64,000 bases of DNA, taken from Deltaproteobacteria bacterium (GTDB lineage Bacteria > Desulfobacterota > BSN033 > WVXP01). Under the pieces are notes generated by a model, which was given only the letters and a program-made list of their open reading frames with translations, was not told the DNA's origin and did not search any database. The first letter of the stretch is position 1. Each line of letters starts with the position of its first letter. Shown here in pieces: positions 18,660 through 28,696 of this stretch. Location: contig JAFDHF010000002.1 of the NCBI GenBank assembly GCA_019308905.1, positions 75,854 through 139,853 on the forward strand, in the 5' to 3' direction. A program made the position numbers and the translations under genes.

Positions 18660-20153
18660 TCAAAGCACCTTCTCTATGTCGATGGCGCAGGTCTTGAGAT
18701 GGGTCACGTCATCCAGGGTGTATCGGCCGCCGAGTCGCCCGTATCCGCTCTTTGTACCGCCCCCGCCGCCAAAAGGCTCATGGGCCTCCCAGTAGTCCGT
18801 GGTGTCGTTGAATACGATATTGCCCGTCCGGAGCCGCGAAGCGTAGAAGAAACACCTCTTGATCGAGGAGGTAAACACCGACATCTGCAACCCGTACCCG
18901 CTCTCATTGGCTATTTGCACGGCTTCCTCATCGTTCTGGAAGGTGATCACAGGTGCCACGGGGCCGAAGGTCTCCTCCTTGTTCAGAAGGCTGTCCCGAG
19001 AAACCCCGTCGATAACAGTGGCGGGAAAATAGAGATCAGTGCGCCATCCGCTTTGCACCCTGCCGCCGAGCAGAATCCTTGCCCCTTTTGCCACCGCGTC
19101 CTCCAGGTGCGTCTTGGTCTTTGCAACGGTAGGCTCGTTGTTGAGAGGCCCCATACAGGTCTCCTCCTCCATGGGATCCCCGAGTCTCCAGGTCTCTGCC
19201 TCCTTCACGAGCAGTCCAAGGAACTCATCGTGAACCTTCCTGTCAACCAGGATCCTCTCCGTGGCACAGCAGACCTGACCTGCATTGAAGAAGCACCCGA
19301 AGGCCGCAGCCCTTGCCGCCTCTTCTATGTTGGCGTCGGAACAGACGATCTGCGGACCGTTGCCTCCCAGTTCCATAAGGGTTCTCTTGATACCCGCCCG
19401 TGAACAGATCGAAGTTCCGGTGAGGGTTTCCCCTGTGAACCCGATCATGTCCACCCCGGGATGGCCGACCAGATAGTCTCCCACCTTTCCTCCGGGGCCT
19501 GTGATGAGATTGAAGACACCCTTCGGATATCCTAAATCGTCCAAAGCATCTTGGATGCAGCGGCCCACGAGTATCATGGAAAGAGGAGTATAGGAGGCGG
19601 GCTTCATTATGATAGTATTCCCCGCCGCAAGAGAGGGTCCGAGATACTCGGAAGGTATCACCGTGGGAAAGTTCCAGGGCGTGATCACCGCCATCGTACC
19701 GACAGCCTCACGAAAGGTGAAGACACGCTTGTTCGGGTCCTCCATGGGAATGACGGGCGTTTCCAGGCGAACGATATCCTCTGCGGCAATCTGGAAATTC
19801 CTGGCCGTCTCCCGGACCTCAGGAAGGGCTTCCCTGAAATAGGACTTCCCCTGCTCCATGGTGAGCACCCTGCCTATAATCTCCGCCCTGGCAGAAATCA
19901 GCTCCGAAATCCTTCGGACCAGAGCCGAACGCTCGAAAACCGGTGTGAGCCTGAACGGTTCCCAGGCCTTTCGGGCGGCTTCGACGGCTCTGTCCACATC
20001 ACTCGGGTCGCACAGGGGCACCCTGCCGAGCACCTCACCGGTTACCGGGCTCTTCACCTCAAAGGTCTTCCCGGATCCGGCACCGCGCCAGACCCCGGCT
20101 ACGAGATTGGTGTTCTCCTTCAGTTCTTCGGGCAGTTCGAATTTCTCAGCCAT
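18660..20153 (-). CDS. NAD(P)-dependent aldehyde dehydrogenase family protein
   Basis: ALDH catalytic motifs (ELGGNGP and a catalytic Cys in FNAGQVCCA). The start was refined to the ATG at 20151-20153, which has a GGAGG ribosome-binding site. Confidence 0.85.
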   Translation of the reverse strand: MAEKFELPEELKENTNLVAGVWRGAGSGKTFEVKSPVTGEVLGRVPLCDPSDVDRAVEAARKAWEPFRLTPVFERSALVRRISELISARAEIIGRVLTMEQGKSYFREALPEVRETARNFQIAAEDIVRLETPVIPMEDPNKRVFTFREAVGTMAVITPWNFPTVIPSEYLGPSLAAGNTIIMKPASYTPLSMILVGRCIQDALDDLGYPKGVFNLITGPGGKVGDYLVGHPGVDMIGFTGETLTGTSICSRAGIKRTLMELGGNGPQIVCSDANIEEAARAAAFGCFFNAGQVCCATERILVDRKVHDEFLGLLVKEAETWRLGDPMEEETCMGPLNNEPTVAKTKTHLEDAVAKGARILLGGRVQSGWRTDLYFPATVIDGVSRDSLLNKEETFGPVAPVITFQNDEEAVQIANESGYGLQMSVFTSSIKRCFFYASRLRTGNIVFNDTTDYWEAHEPFGGGGGTKSGYGRLGGRYTLDDVTHLKTCAIDIEKVL

Positions 20154-20164
20154 TTCATGCCTCC

Positions 20165-22162
20165 TTACCCGCATCCAAGATCTTCCATGAGGTCCTGGAG
20201 CATTTCCGCGAGTTCCCCCGCTGCTTCTCCCGTAACAAAGTCCGGGGGCCTGGGCTCGCCGTCGGTCTTCCTGTAAGCGTCTCGAAGCTGGCCGCACGCC
20301 TCTTCGATATCGCCCTCCTCTATCAGGTCGCCTGCCGACTCGATCATGTTCCTCAGGGCGCGGAGCCTCTTTTCAGCCGAATTACCCGGGCCACTTCCGA
20401 TAAGCGTACCATTTTCGACCGACTCGTCGAAGAATTCAAGGATCTCGGCTACCTGTTCTCCAGGCGGTATCTCCGTCTCTAACCCGGTTCCGCTCAAGGT
20501 TACCACCACTGTCGGCTCGCCAGAATCATCGCTCTTGATCTCAAGGTGAGCAGACGAAGTCCCGAGGCTTGACGGCGTGTACATGACCTCCACGTAAAGG
20601 GTCTCACCGGGAGGCACTTCGGTCGGAGCACCCGGACCCGAGGCAATCGAGAAATCGCTGCTGCTGCCATCCTGAAAGGCGATACTGTCCACGGACAGCC
20701 CTATGCTTCCCAGATTCGAGATGCCGACCAGAACCGTAGCCGAGGAGCCCAGTTCTACATTACCAAAATCATAGCCGAGAGGTGAAACCTCGATGTGGGG
20801 GCCACAAACGACAGAAACCTCAGCAGAGGAGCCCCCTACTGCGATGAGGGGACTGAGAGGGGCGGCAGGTGAGCTGGCCCCTGGGGCAGTGGTCACTTGA
20901 TCCACACCTGGTGTATCGAAAACCCGGGCCTCGCTCGTGCCCACAGCCTGGCAATAGGGGATCTCCCCATAGCTATCGAGTTTCATTACCAGGAGATCGC
21001 CGGCATACCCGGTACCGCCGCCCACAATGTATCCCCTGTCTGCGGTCTGTTCGACAGAACAACCCCTGCCGGAGCCGTACCCCACGTAGGCCTTCTGCCA
21101 GGATATGTTTCCGACTTTATCCAGCTTCAATATCAACCAGTGATAATCCCCGAAGGACCAAGTCTTACCTGCCACGATGTATCCGCCATCTTCGGTCTGG
21201 CAGATAGAGTGCGCCCTGTCGTCACCCTCTCCTCCACAGCTCTTCTGCCACATGATCCCCCCTGTTGGGTCGAGTTTCAGGACCCAAAAATCCGATTCCG
21301 GAGGGCCGCCTGCGCCAAAGGTGGTGGTCCCGCCGGCTACGATATACCCGCCATCCGTGGTCTGCCGTATAGACCTGGCATACTCGTAATTGTCCCCTCC
21401 GTAGCTCTTCTGCCACGCCACCGTTCCATCGGGGTTGAGCTTTATGACCCAGACCCCCTCGGCCCCCGGGCCAAAAGAGTTGGTCTCGCCGGCCACGACG
21501 TACCCGTCGGATGCTCCGGTACTGTCGAATGTCTCCCGAACACAAGAGGCATAGTCGTCCCTAGCCCCCCCAAAGGTCCTCTGCCAGACAATCTGCCCAT
21601 CGGAGTCGAGCTTCAACACCCATGAGTCTGATCTTTCTGCTCCAAAAGAGAAAGTCAGCCCGCCCACCATGTATCCGCCGTCTGTCGTCTGTTGGATGGA
21701 AAATGCTTCGTCCGTATTCTCCCCTCCATAGGTTTTCTGCCAGACAACGTTTCCATCCAGATCGAGTCTCAGCACCCAGAGGTCGACCCCCGTCCCCTCC
21801 TCCGGCGACGATCCTCTTTGACCCGCGACAACGTATCCATTGGGGCTCCCACTCTCGTCAAAGGTCTCTTCCACGGAGTAGGCCATGTCATAATAGATGT
21901 CCCCGTATGTCTTCTGCCAGACGATCTCTCCCTCCTGGTCGAGTTTCAAGACCCAGACATCGGATGATCCGCTTGCCCCAAAAGAGAGTGTCTGCCCAGC
22001 CACGATGTATCCACCATCGGTCGTCTGGTGGATCGAATAGGCCTGATCATGTTGACTCCCACCATAGGTCTTGGCCCACTGAGCATAGGAGGGCGAAGGT
22101 ACGTTGAACCCTACGGCAAGACAAACCAACACCAAAAGAACCGGAATCGACTTTTTTCCCAT
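20165..22162 (-). CDS. secreted repeat protein: seven roughly 52-aa W-x-K-T-Y-G-G ... DGGY-V-AG ... W-V-L-K-L-D blades (predicted 7-bladed beta-propeller), a choice-of-anchor-D / ASH-like Ig domain and an acidic helical C-terminal tail
   Basis: Signal peptide (MGKKSIPVLLVLVCLAVGF...AQ). Seven clear tandem protein repeats. Ig-like domain (FGNVELGSSATVLVGISNLGSIGLSVDSIAF...HLEIKSDDSGEP). The start was refined to the ATG at 22160-22162, which has a GGAGG ribosome-binding site. Confidence 0.7.
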   Translation of the reverse strand: MGKKSIPVLLVLVCLAVGFNVPSPSYAQWAKTYGGSQHDQAYSIHQTTDGGYIVAGQTLSFGASGSSDVWVLKLDQEGEIVWQKTYGDIYYDMAYSVEETFDESGSPNGYVVAGQRGSSPEEGTGVDLWVLRLDLDGNVVWQKTYGGENTDEAFSIQQTTDGGYMVGGLTFSFGAERSDSWVLKLDSDGQIVWQRTFGGARDDYASCVRETFDSTGASDGYVVAGETNSFGPGAEGVWVIKLNPDGTVAWQKSYGGDNYEYARSIRQTTDGGYIVAGGTTTFGAGGPPESDFWVLKLDPTGGIMWQKSCGGEGDDRAHSICQTEDGGYIVAGKTWSFGDYHWLILKLDKVGNISWQKAYVGYGSGRGCSVEQTADRGYIVGGGTGYAGDLLVMKLDSYGEIPYCQAVGTSEARVFDTPGVDQVTTAPGASSPAAPLSPLIAVGGSSAEVSVVCGPHIEVSPLGYDFGNVELGSSATVLVGISNLGSIGLSVDSIAFQDGSSSDFSIASGPGAPTEVPPGETLYVEVMYTPSSLGTSSAHLEIKSDDSGEPTVVVTLSGTGLETEIPPGEQVAEILEFFDESVENGTLIGSGPGNSAEKRLRALRNMIESAGDLIEEGDIEEACGQLRDAYRKTDGEPRPPDFVTGEAAGELAEMLQDLMEDLGCG
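20860..22010 (-). repeat. seven divergent tandem repeats of about 156 bp inside the propeller gene (recurring ...TCTTCTGCCAGAC... blocks on the plus strand)
   Basis: Periodic DNA and protein repeat seen directly in the sequence. Confidence 0.5.
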
Positions 22163-22318
22163 AGCCTCAATCCTCCTAAAGATGCCGAATACCTGCCGTT
22201 CAGCCTCCATTTTCCGGCAGCGACCGAATCTTCCATCTCCCTTGGATTGCCCACAGGGCGACCGTACAGAAACGGGCACGCCCCATCCCCCGAGTCTCTT
22301 TTCGAAAGGATCCGAGTC

Positions 22319-23572
22319 CTAGGGGCTCAAGCCGTCGAGGTTCAGCTCAACGCCGAGTTGGGCCAGGCCGAAGATGACCTCCTCGGGTGCAAACTCGCAA
22401 TGCCCGTACTGGTTGAAAAGACTCGGGTAGGCCCTCAAAAACCGGGATCGACCCTTGAGTGCCACCCTGGCCATGTAAATCAACTCGTGCCTGTACGGAA
22501 CGATCGGATCCTTCAGATTGTGGAGCGATACCACCGGGACCTCCAACTCGCCGGTCGGCCGGTAGAAATCCGCCACGTACCTCCTAGCCTCCGGGTCGGA
22601 CGAGACCCTTTCAACACCGGCATTCAGCTCCTTGTCGTCCCACCAGGAGCCGGTGCCCCTATACCATCTGAACCGGTTCCCATAGGGCATTCCACCGGCC
22701 TTGTCTACCAGGTCGACGGACCCGCAGATGCTGTACTTCAGAATGCCGATTGCTGCCTCCACGTCCTGGTCTGGCCACATGCCCCGTGCTGCCCTGGTGA
22801 CGTCGAAGAGATCATCGGTCTTCTCTCCGCCGCCCAGGAGAGCCGCGGTGATCCCTTCAACGAGGTAAGGGTCGAAATTGCCGCAGGCGGTGTTGTAAGC
22901 GTATTCGAATTCCCCTGGGCCGTATTTGTCGGGATCGACGTACAGGGGGGTGGCCGGATCGTCGGGATGCCGGAAAACGCCTGGGAAGAAATAGTCGAAC
23001 ACGACTCGGAAATCGGCGAGGTACCTGACCTGAAAGGGCATCCCTCCTATGGGCCCACACATGGTCAGTGCACCGCCGTTGAATACTTCCGGGTGTTTCT
23101 CCACCATCATCGTAGCGATCAGGCCTCCCTCCGAAGCCCCCACGACGAATACCTTGGAGGCGGAACCGGCCTGGTCTTCCACCTGATCCACCAAGTCGAG
23201 TATGTCTCCTTCTGCCTCTTCCACCGCGTCTCCCGCCGTGCTGTAACTAGTCGTGGCAAAGGCATAACCACTCGAGACAACGAGCTCGACCAGGTCCGGG
23301 AACCTCGAGAGTTCATCCCACGGCAGCACCGGATCCGGTGGGAACTGGTATCCGTGGGCATAGACGATCAGCTCCCCGTTCCAATCAGAGGGGACACAGA
23401 TGAGTGTGTCGGCTTGGTCCGGCAAACCGTGTGAAATCCGACACCCTAGTGGAAGGGAAAAGGCGAATGGGCCCTCGGCAAAGGCCGGCCTCCCGGAGGC
23501 GAATGCACAGACAAGGAGACCGATTCCAAGAAGCGCCAGGACTCTGTTTGTTTTCTTGTCTCTTCTCCTCAT
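22319..23572 (-). CDS. secreted alpha/beta-hydrolase (esterase/lipase-like) with a GASEG nucleophile motif
   Basis: Signal peptide, GxSxG motif (VVGASEGG), AAGGAGG ribosome-binding site, and an AT-rich promoter region upstream (23600-23720). Confidence 0.65.
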   Translation of the reverse strand: MRRRDKKTNRVLALLGIGLLVCAFASGRPAFAEGPFAFSLPLGCRISHGLPDQADTLICVPSDWNGELIVYAHGYQFPPDPVLPWDELSRFPDLVELVVSSGYAFATTSYSTAGDAVEEAEGDILDLVDQVEDQAGSASKVFVVGASEGGLIATMMVEKHPEVFNGGALTMCGPIGGMPFQVRYLADFRVVFDYFFPGVFRHPDDPATPLYVDPDKYGPGEFEYAYNTACGNFDPYLVEGITAALLGGGEKTDDLFDVTRAARGMWPDQDVEAAIGILKYSICGSVDLVDKAGGMPYGNRFRWYRGTGSWWDDKELNAGVERVSSDPEARRYVADFYRPTGELEVPVVSLHNLKDPIVPYRHELIYMARVALKGRSRFLRAYPSLFNQYGHCEFAPEEVIFGLAQLGVELNLDGLSP

Positions 23573-23919
23573 GATTTCCTCCTTTCCTGGATACCATGTG
23601 TGAAAAACAGTACCGCTATTGGGAAGAAAACTTCACACAAGATATTGAAATTACAAGAGAAATCTACGGAGAATATAGCAGATTAAGAAGATATGTCAAG
23701 AAGAAAATCCCTTGAGTCTCCTCCCTTTCGGAGAAGACCCTTATGCCTGAGCGACATCAGGGAAGCGGTGGGGCGGGCTTGCAAGGGCCGGAAAAACTCC
23801 TCCACAGAGAAAAACGGCCGTTTCCCCGTGAAAGGAGCGCGGTGCGAGTGGTGGACATGAGGTCGGGCCCTGGACATCCAACCGAGCCTGAGTTGGAACC
23901 CGGGAAAGGGCCCGGCACC

Positions 23920-25476
23920 TCAATGGACCTTTTTTTCGTAACCCTCCCAATAAGCATCTCTGATAAGCTTTTTGTGGATCTTTCCAGAACCGGTCTTGGG
24001 AAGGGAATCGACCAAATCGACGGATTTCGGGCTCTTGTAGTGGGCGAGATTCTCCTTGCAAAAGGCCACTATCTCCCCCTCGGTGGCGGTTTGTCCTTCC
24101 TTGAGCACGACGACCGCCTTGACCGCCTCGCCCCACTTCTCGTCGGGAACCCCGACAACCGCCGCCTCCAAAACCGCAGGGTGCTGGTAGAGGACATGCT
24201 CCACCTCGGTTGAGTAGACGTTCTCTCCGCCCGTGACAATCATGTCTTTCTTACGATCCACGATCGTGACGTAGCCCTCCTCGTCGATCACGGCCATGTC
24301 CCCGGTGTAGAGCCACCCGTCCCGGATAGCCTTCCGGGTCTCTTCCGGTTGTTTCCAGTACCCGCAGGTGACTATCTCCCCCCGCACGATGATCTCCCCC
24401 ACCTCTTTCTCATCGGGGTTTACCTCGGTGCCGTCCTCCCTCACCACCTTGAGCTCCACGCCGATAAATTCACGGCCGGTTTTGGACTTGTACTTCAACT
24501 GTTCCTCGTATGGGAGCCTCTTCAGGTGGTCCTTCAAGATCGAGAGGGTAAGATAGGGGCTGGTCTCCGTCATGCCGTAAGTCTGGATATAGTCGCACCC
24601 GAAGGTCTCTATGATCCTCCGAACCACATGCGGAGCGATCGGGGCGCCTCCGCTCAAAAGGACTCTCAAGCTACTGCAGTCGTACCGGCCCACGGAGGGA
24701 TCGTTTATCAGGAGGTTGAGGGTGGTGGGTATCATATTGGTGATCGTGACCCTTTCCCTTTCGATGGTCTCGAGAACCCGCCTGGCCTCAAAATGGGGGA
24801 TCATCACGTGGGTCGCCCCCACCCACGTGACCGCCCACGTGGCCCATGCATCGGCGAGATGAAACATGGGAGCCACGTGAATCCAGACATCACTGTCCGT
24901 GAGGTGAAGTTCCCCAATGGTCCCCAGGGCATGGCTCGCCACGTTCCTGTGGCTCAGCATCACCCCCTTGGGCCTGCCCGTGGTCCCGCTGGTGTAATAG
25001 ATCTGTGCCAGATCGTCTCCTTCCAGAGAAACCGGAGGAGGCGGTTCTCCTCCGGAATCGGAAAGGAATTCCTCGTACGACCCCCCCGCTCCGCTGAAAA
25101 GAACCCTCCAGCCCCCAGGCCTTCCGGCCTGGACTTGCTCCACGATCTCGCCGAATTCGGGGGACGCGATGAGAAGCTGGCTCTCGGAGTCATCGAGTAT
25201 GAACGCCACCTCCCTGGGAGAGAGACGATAGTTGACGGGGACCAGCACTGCTCCCGTAATCGCCGTGCCGAAATAGGACTCCAAGAAGACATGACAGTTG
25301 GGGTGGAGGATTGCGACCTTCCCCCCCTTGCCGATACCCAGACGGCCGAGACCGCCCGCGAAACGGTACACCCGGTCTATGAACTCGCCATAGGTAAACC
25401 GCTCTTCCCCACAGACGATCGCCTCCTTCCTGTGGAAGAGCCGCGCCGCCTTGGACAGGGGTTCTCTCAAAACCAT
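23920..25476 (-). CDS. AMP-dependent synthetase/ligase (acyl-CoA synthetase family)
   Basis: AMP-binding motif YTSGTTGRPKGV and a C-terminal GEIxxRG…K motif. 518 aa. Confidence 0.85.
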   Translation of the reverse strand: MVLREPLSKAARLFHRKEAIVCGEERFTYGEFIDRVYRFAGGLGRLGIGKGGKVAILHPNCHVFLESYFGTAITGAVLVPVNYRLSPREVAFILDDSESQLLIASPEFGEIVEQVQAGRPGGWRVLFSGAGGSYEEFLSDSGGEPPPPVSLEGDDLAQIYYTSGTTGRPKGVMLSHRNVASHALGTIGELHLTDSDVWIHVAPMFHLADAWATWAVTWVGATHVMIPHFEARRVLETIERERVTITNMIPTTLNLLINDPSVGRYDCSSLRVLLSGGAPIAPHVVRRIIETFGCDYIQTYGMTETSPYLTLSILKDHLKRLPYEEQLKYKSKTGREFIGVELKVVREDGTEVNPDEKEVGEIIVRGEIVTCGYWKQPEETRKAIRDGWLYTGDMAVIDEEGYVTIVDRKKDMIVTGGENVYSTEVEHVLYQHPAVLEAAVVGVPDEKWGEAVKAVVVLKEGQTATEGEIVAFCKENLAHYKSPKSVDLVDSLPKTGSGKIHKKLIRDAYWEGYEKKVH

Positions 25477-25568
25477 GGACCTCTCCCCTTCAGGAACTCA
25501 CTCCAGGCACGGTGCGCCTGCTCGGACTCCATGGAACACGGGAGACCGCCACAACCGCCGGGAAGCCG

Positions 25569-26867
25569 TCACCCGATCTCTCCGAGCGATTCCTCAAGGA
25601 TTGCAAGTCCACGGTCGAGCTCGTCGTCGGAGATAACCAGGGGCATAAGGGCCCGCATTATGTTCCCGTGGGTTCCCGCGGAGATGGTAATCAATCCCTT
25701 CTCGTAACATTTCTTCACCAACTGGCCCGTCTCCTCCTTTGCCGGCTCCCTGGTGACCCGGTCCCTGACCAGTTCCATGGCCACCATCGCCCCCACCCCT
25801 CGGACATCCCCGATGAGCTCGTAAGTCTCCTCCATTTCCTTGAAACGATCCATCACCTTTCGGCCGACCGTCTCGGCCCGGCCGAGGAGGTCCTCAGCTT
25901 CAAAGGTCTCTATCACCGCAAGCCCGGCACGGCAGGCCAGGGGATTCCCCCCGAAGGTCCCCCCGAGGCCTCCGACATGGGGAGCCTCCATGATCTCGGC
26001 CCTCCCGGTGACCCCGGCGATGGGAAGCCCTCCCCCCAGGGATTTTGCCGTGGTTATGATATCGGGCTCCACCCCGAAATGCTCTATGGCAAACATCCTC
26101 GCGGTCCGGCCGAACCCTGTCTGGACCTCGTCGTCGATATAGAGGATCCCGTTCTGCTCGCAGATCTCCTTGACCTTTCGGTGCCATCCCGCTGGTGGGA
26201 CCACGAACCCGCCTTCCCCGAGAACCGGCTCTGCCAGGACCGCGGCCACATTCTCGGCCGAGATATGGGTGTTGAAGACCTCTTTCAGATAGTCGGCGCA
26301 CCGGAGCTCGCAGGAGGGATACTCGAGGCCGAAAGCGCACCTGTAGCAGTAGGCATAGGGAATCCGATAGACATCAGGCGCATATGGTCCGAACCCGAAC
26401 TTGTACGGCTTGACCTTGCTCGTCAGGGTCATGGCCAGAAGGGTCCGGCCGTGGAAGGCGTCCTCAAAAACGACAATACCGGGCCGCCCGGTTGCATAAC
26501 GGGCGATCTTGACCGCATTCTCCACCGCTTCGGCCCCGCTGTTGACAAACATCGTCTTCTTCGGAAACGCGCCGGGAGTGATCTGGTTCATCTTTCTGGC
26601 AAGTTCCACGTAGGACTCGTACATCACCACATGGAAGCAGGTATGGGTGAATTTCTCGGCTTGATCCTTGACCGCCTCTACCACCCGGGGAGCACAGTGG
26701 CCCACGTTCATCACCCCGATGCCACCTGCAAAATCGATGAATTCCCGACCCTCCACGTCCCTGATGGTCGCGCCCTTTGCCCCGGCCGCAAAGTAAGGCG
26801 TCACGTTGAATGGTCCCCGGGGAACATTCTCCTCCCGCGCTTTCAAGAGATCTTCCGTCTTTGACAT
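25569..26867 (-). CDS. class III (omega-) aminotransferase, GABA / 5-aminovalerate-aminotransferase-like
   Basis: PLP fold type I class III signature (DEVQTGFGRTARMFA). The start was refined to the ATG at 26865-26867, which has a GGAGG ribosome-binding site. Confidence 0.85.
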   Translation of the reverse strand: MSKTEDLLKAREENVPRGPFNVTPYFAAGAKGATIRDVEGREFIDFAGGIGVMNVGHCAPRVVEAVKDQAEKFTHTCFHVVMYESYVELARKMNQITPGAFPKKTMFVNSGAEAVENAVKIARYATGRPGIVVFEDAFHGRTLLAMTLTSKVKPYKFGFGPYAPDVYRIPYAYCYRCAFGLEYPSCELRCADYLKEVFNTHISAENVAAVLAEPVLGEGGFVVPPAGWHRKVKEICEQNGILYIDDEVQTGFGRTARMFAIEHFGVEPDIITTAKSLGGGLPIAGVTGRAEIMEAPHVGGLGGTFGGNPLACRAGLAVIETFEAEDLLGRAETVGRKVMDRFKEMEETYELIGDVRGVGAMVAMELVRDRVTREPAKEETGQLVKKCYEKGLITISAGTHGNIMRALMPLVISDDELDRGLAILEESLGEIG

Positions 26868-26947
26868 GTCTTCCTCCTTCTGTTCATTTGTCGGGGCGGT
26901 GCTGTCTGGGGGGACAACCCCAAGAGACTCCTGATCATTCCAAAACC

Positions 26948-28696
26948 TCAAGGCGGCACTCCCTCTTCGTCCCAACCCCTCAGTTGATAGTACTCTGCCA
27001 GAAGCCGATCAAAATCCTCTCTCTTGAAAATCCTTCCCTCTTCGATGGGCTCCTCAAAGAAACGCCTCGGCAGGGTATCGTCCTCCCGGGTGAGTCCCTC
27101 CCGGATATTGAAAGCCCGCGTCGCGTCGGCGATGTTGCAGGCGATCCTGCGGAGCTCTTCCTCTTTGAGGTCGAGACCCGTGGTGGCCATGATCACCTCT
27201 CTGAGATCATCCCAAAGGTAGAGATCCCGGAAAAACCGGCAGAAGATCATGGTATCGAAGATATTGAGCCGGTCCTCGTAGTCGACAAAGATCCTTGCCT
27301 TGCCCTCCATCCGATCAGGGGGGCTGATTCCTGCCAGTTCCGGCTTGTAGAAAGTGGTGCGCAGGTGGCATGCGCCGCGGTCCGATGTTGCAAACGCAAG
27401 CCCCATACCCTTGAGAGATCGGGGATCGTATCCTGCCGGTTCCATCCCCTTTACATGAATCGCGAGATCCTCGAGTCCCCACTCTCGACTGGCAAAGCGG
27501 ATTCCTTCGGCCAGAGCCGCGCCGATTCCATCCCGGTTCACAATTCCGTCGAGAAGCCGGGCCACGCCGTCAACATCGCCGTAATCGAGTCTGTCCGGAA
27601 TCCTTCCCCTCAGCGAGGCCTCGATGGCAAAGGCCGCCAGATTTCCCGCGGTGATCGTATCCAGGCCGAGGTTGTCGCAGAGATCGTTGAGATAGGCGAT
27701 CTCTTCGATACGATCGATCATGCAGAGTCCGCCGAAGGCATAGATGGTCTCGTATTCAGGCCCCTCGATCTTGAGTCCCTTGTGGCGCCCCTCCCGGACC
27801 TCAGAGAGCTTTCCGCAGGCCATAAAGCACTTGCTGCATGCCCTGGGCCTGGTGCTGAGTCTCTCCTTCATGGTCTCGGCGGCCAGTCTCTCCCAGTGCT
27901 CGCATCTGCCCTGGCTCCAGTACCGGGACGGAAAGGACGCCACAGGTGTGAGAAGGGCCACCATCATGGGAGTCCCCAGGTTCCTGTAGGCCGCAACACC
28001 CGGGTTGTCCTTTGCCTTGGCCAGTGTCTTCCTGCGGAACTCCTCCACGAGATCTCCATGGGCCAGCTCTCTCTTTGCCTCGCCGTAGAAGACGATCCCC
28101 TTAACCTTCTTGGATCCCATGACAGCCCCCACCCCTGTCCGACCGGCACACCGCCAGTGGTCGTTACCGATGAGGGCGAACCGCACGAGGCTCTCTCCTG
28201 CGGGTCCTATGACAACGGCCTTGGCTCCTCTGGCATCGACTGCCTTCAGGAGAGCATCCTCGGTCTCGTAGGTCCCCTTTCCCCAGAGACCCGAAGCATC
28301 GTGGAACCCCACACCCCTGTCGCTGATCTCCAAGAAGACCGGTTCGGTACTCTTCCCGTAAAGGACAATCGCATCGTAGCCCGCCCTGCTCATGGGCTCC
28401 GCCGTCTTCCCCCCTGAATAGGACTCCGAGTAGAACCCCGTCAGGGGCGACTTGGTAAATACACCGTACCTGCTCGAACCATGAACAGGGGTGTCTGTCA
28501 CGGGTCCCAAGGCAAAGATCAGATTGTTCTCCTCAGAAAAGGGATCCACACCGGGCGGATTCCCCTCGAGGAGCAGGTGGGTGGCAAGCCCCTTGCCCCC
28601 CAGATAACGTGACAAGACCGAATCATCCACGGCATCAGACCTGTAGGTCCGCCGGGAGAGGTCGATATAGAGTATCCTGCCAAAAAAACCCTTCAT
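26948..28696 (-). CDS. tungsten-type aldehyde:ferredoxin oxidoreductase (AOR family)
   Basis: AOR N-terminal domain (MKGFFGRILYIDLS...) and C-terminal domains. Start refined to the ATG at 28694-28696. Confidence 0.85.
   Translation of the reverse strand: MKGFFGRILYIDLSRRTYRSDAVDDSVLSRYLGGKGLATHLLLEGNPPGVDPFSEENNLIFALGPVTDTPVHGSSRYGVFTKSPLTGFYSESYSGGKTAEPMSRAGYDAIVLYGKSTEPVFLEISDRGVGFHDASGLWGKGTYETEDALLKAVDARGAKAVVIGPAGESLVRFALIGNDHWRCAGRTGVGAVMGSKKVKGIVFYGEAKRELAHGDLVEEFRRKTLAKAKDNPGVAAYRNLGTPMMVALLTPVASFPSRYWSQGRCEHWERLAAETMKERLSTRPRACSKCFMACGKLSEVREGRHKGLKIEGPEYETIYAFGGLCMIDRIEEIAYLNDLCDNLGLDTITAGNLAAFAIEASLRGRIPDRLDYGDVDGVARLLDGIVNRDGIGAALAEGIRFASREWGLEDLAIHVKGMEPAGYDPRSLKGMGLAFATSDRGACHLRTTFYKPELAGISPPDRMEGKARIFVDYEDRLNIFDTMIFCRFFRDLYLWDDLREVIMATTGLDLKEEELRRIACNIADATRAFNIREGLTREDDTLPRRFFEEPIEEGRIFKREDFDRLLAEYYQLRGWDEEGVPP

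Noticed and set aside
17334-19403. 689-aa plus-strand ORF, with many other ORFs over 300 aa (9..1100, 6481..7593, 12051..13529, 14007..15014, 22028..23434, 24349..25707, 25512..26864, 26810..28417, 46015..46818, 47059..48165, 53909..55123, 59162..60103)
   Set aside because: Each lies antisense to, or out of frame with, a gene that has strong family-level homology. Their translations are low-complexity and rich in Arg, Pro and Gly, typical of spurious ORFs in high-GC DNA. They lack ribosome-binding sites.
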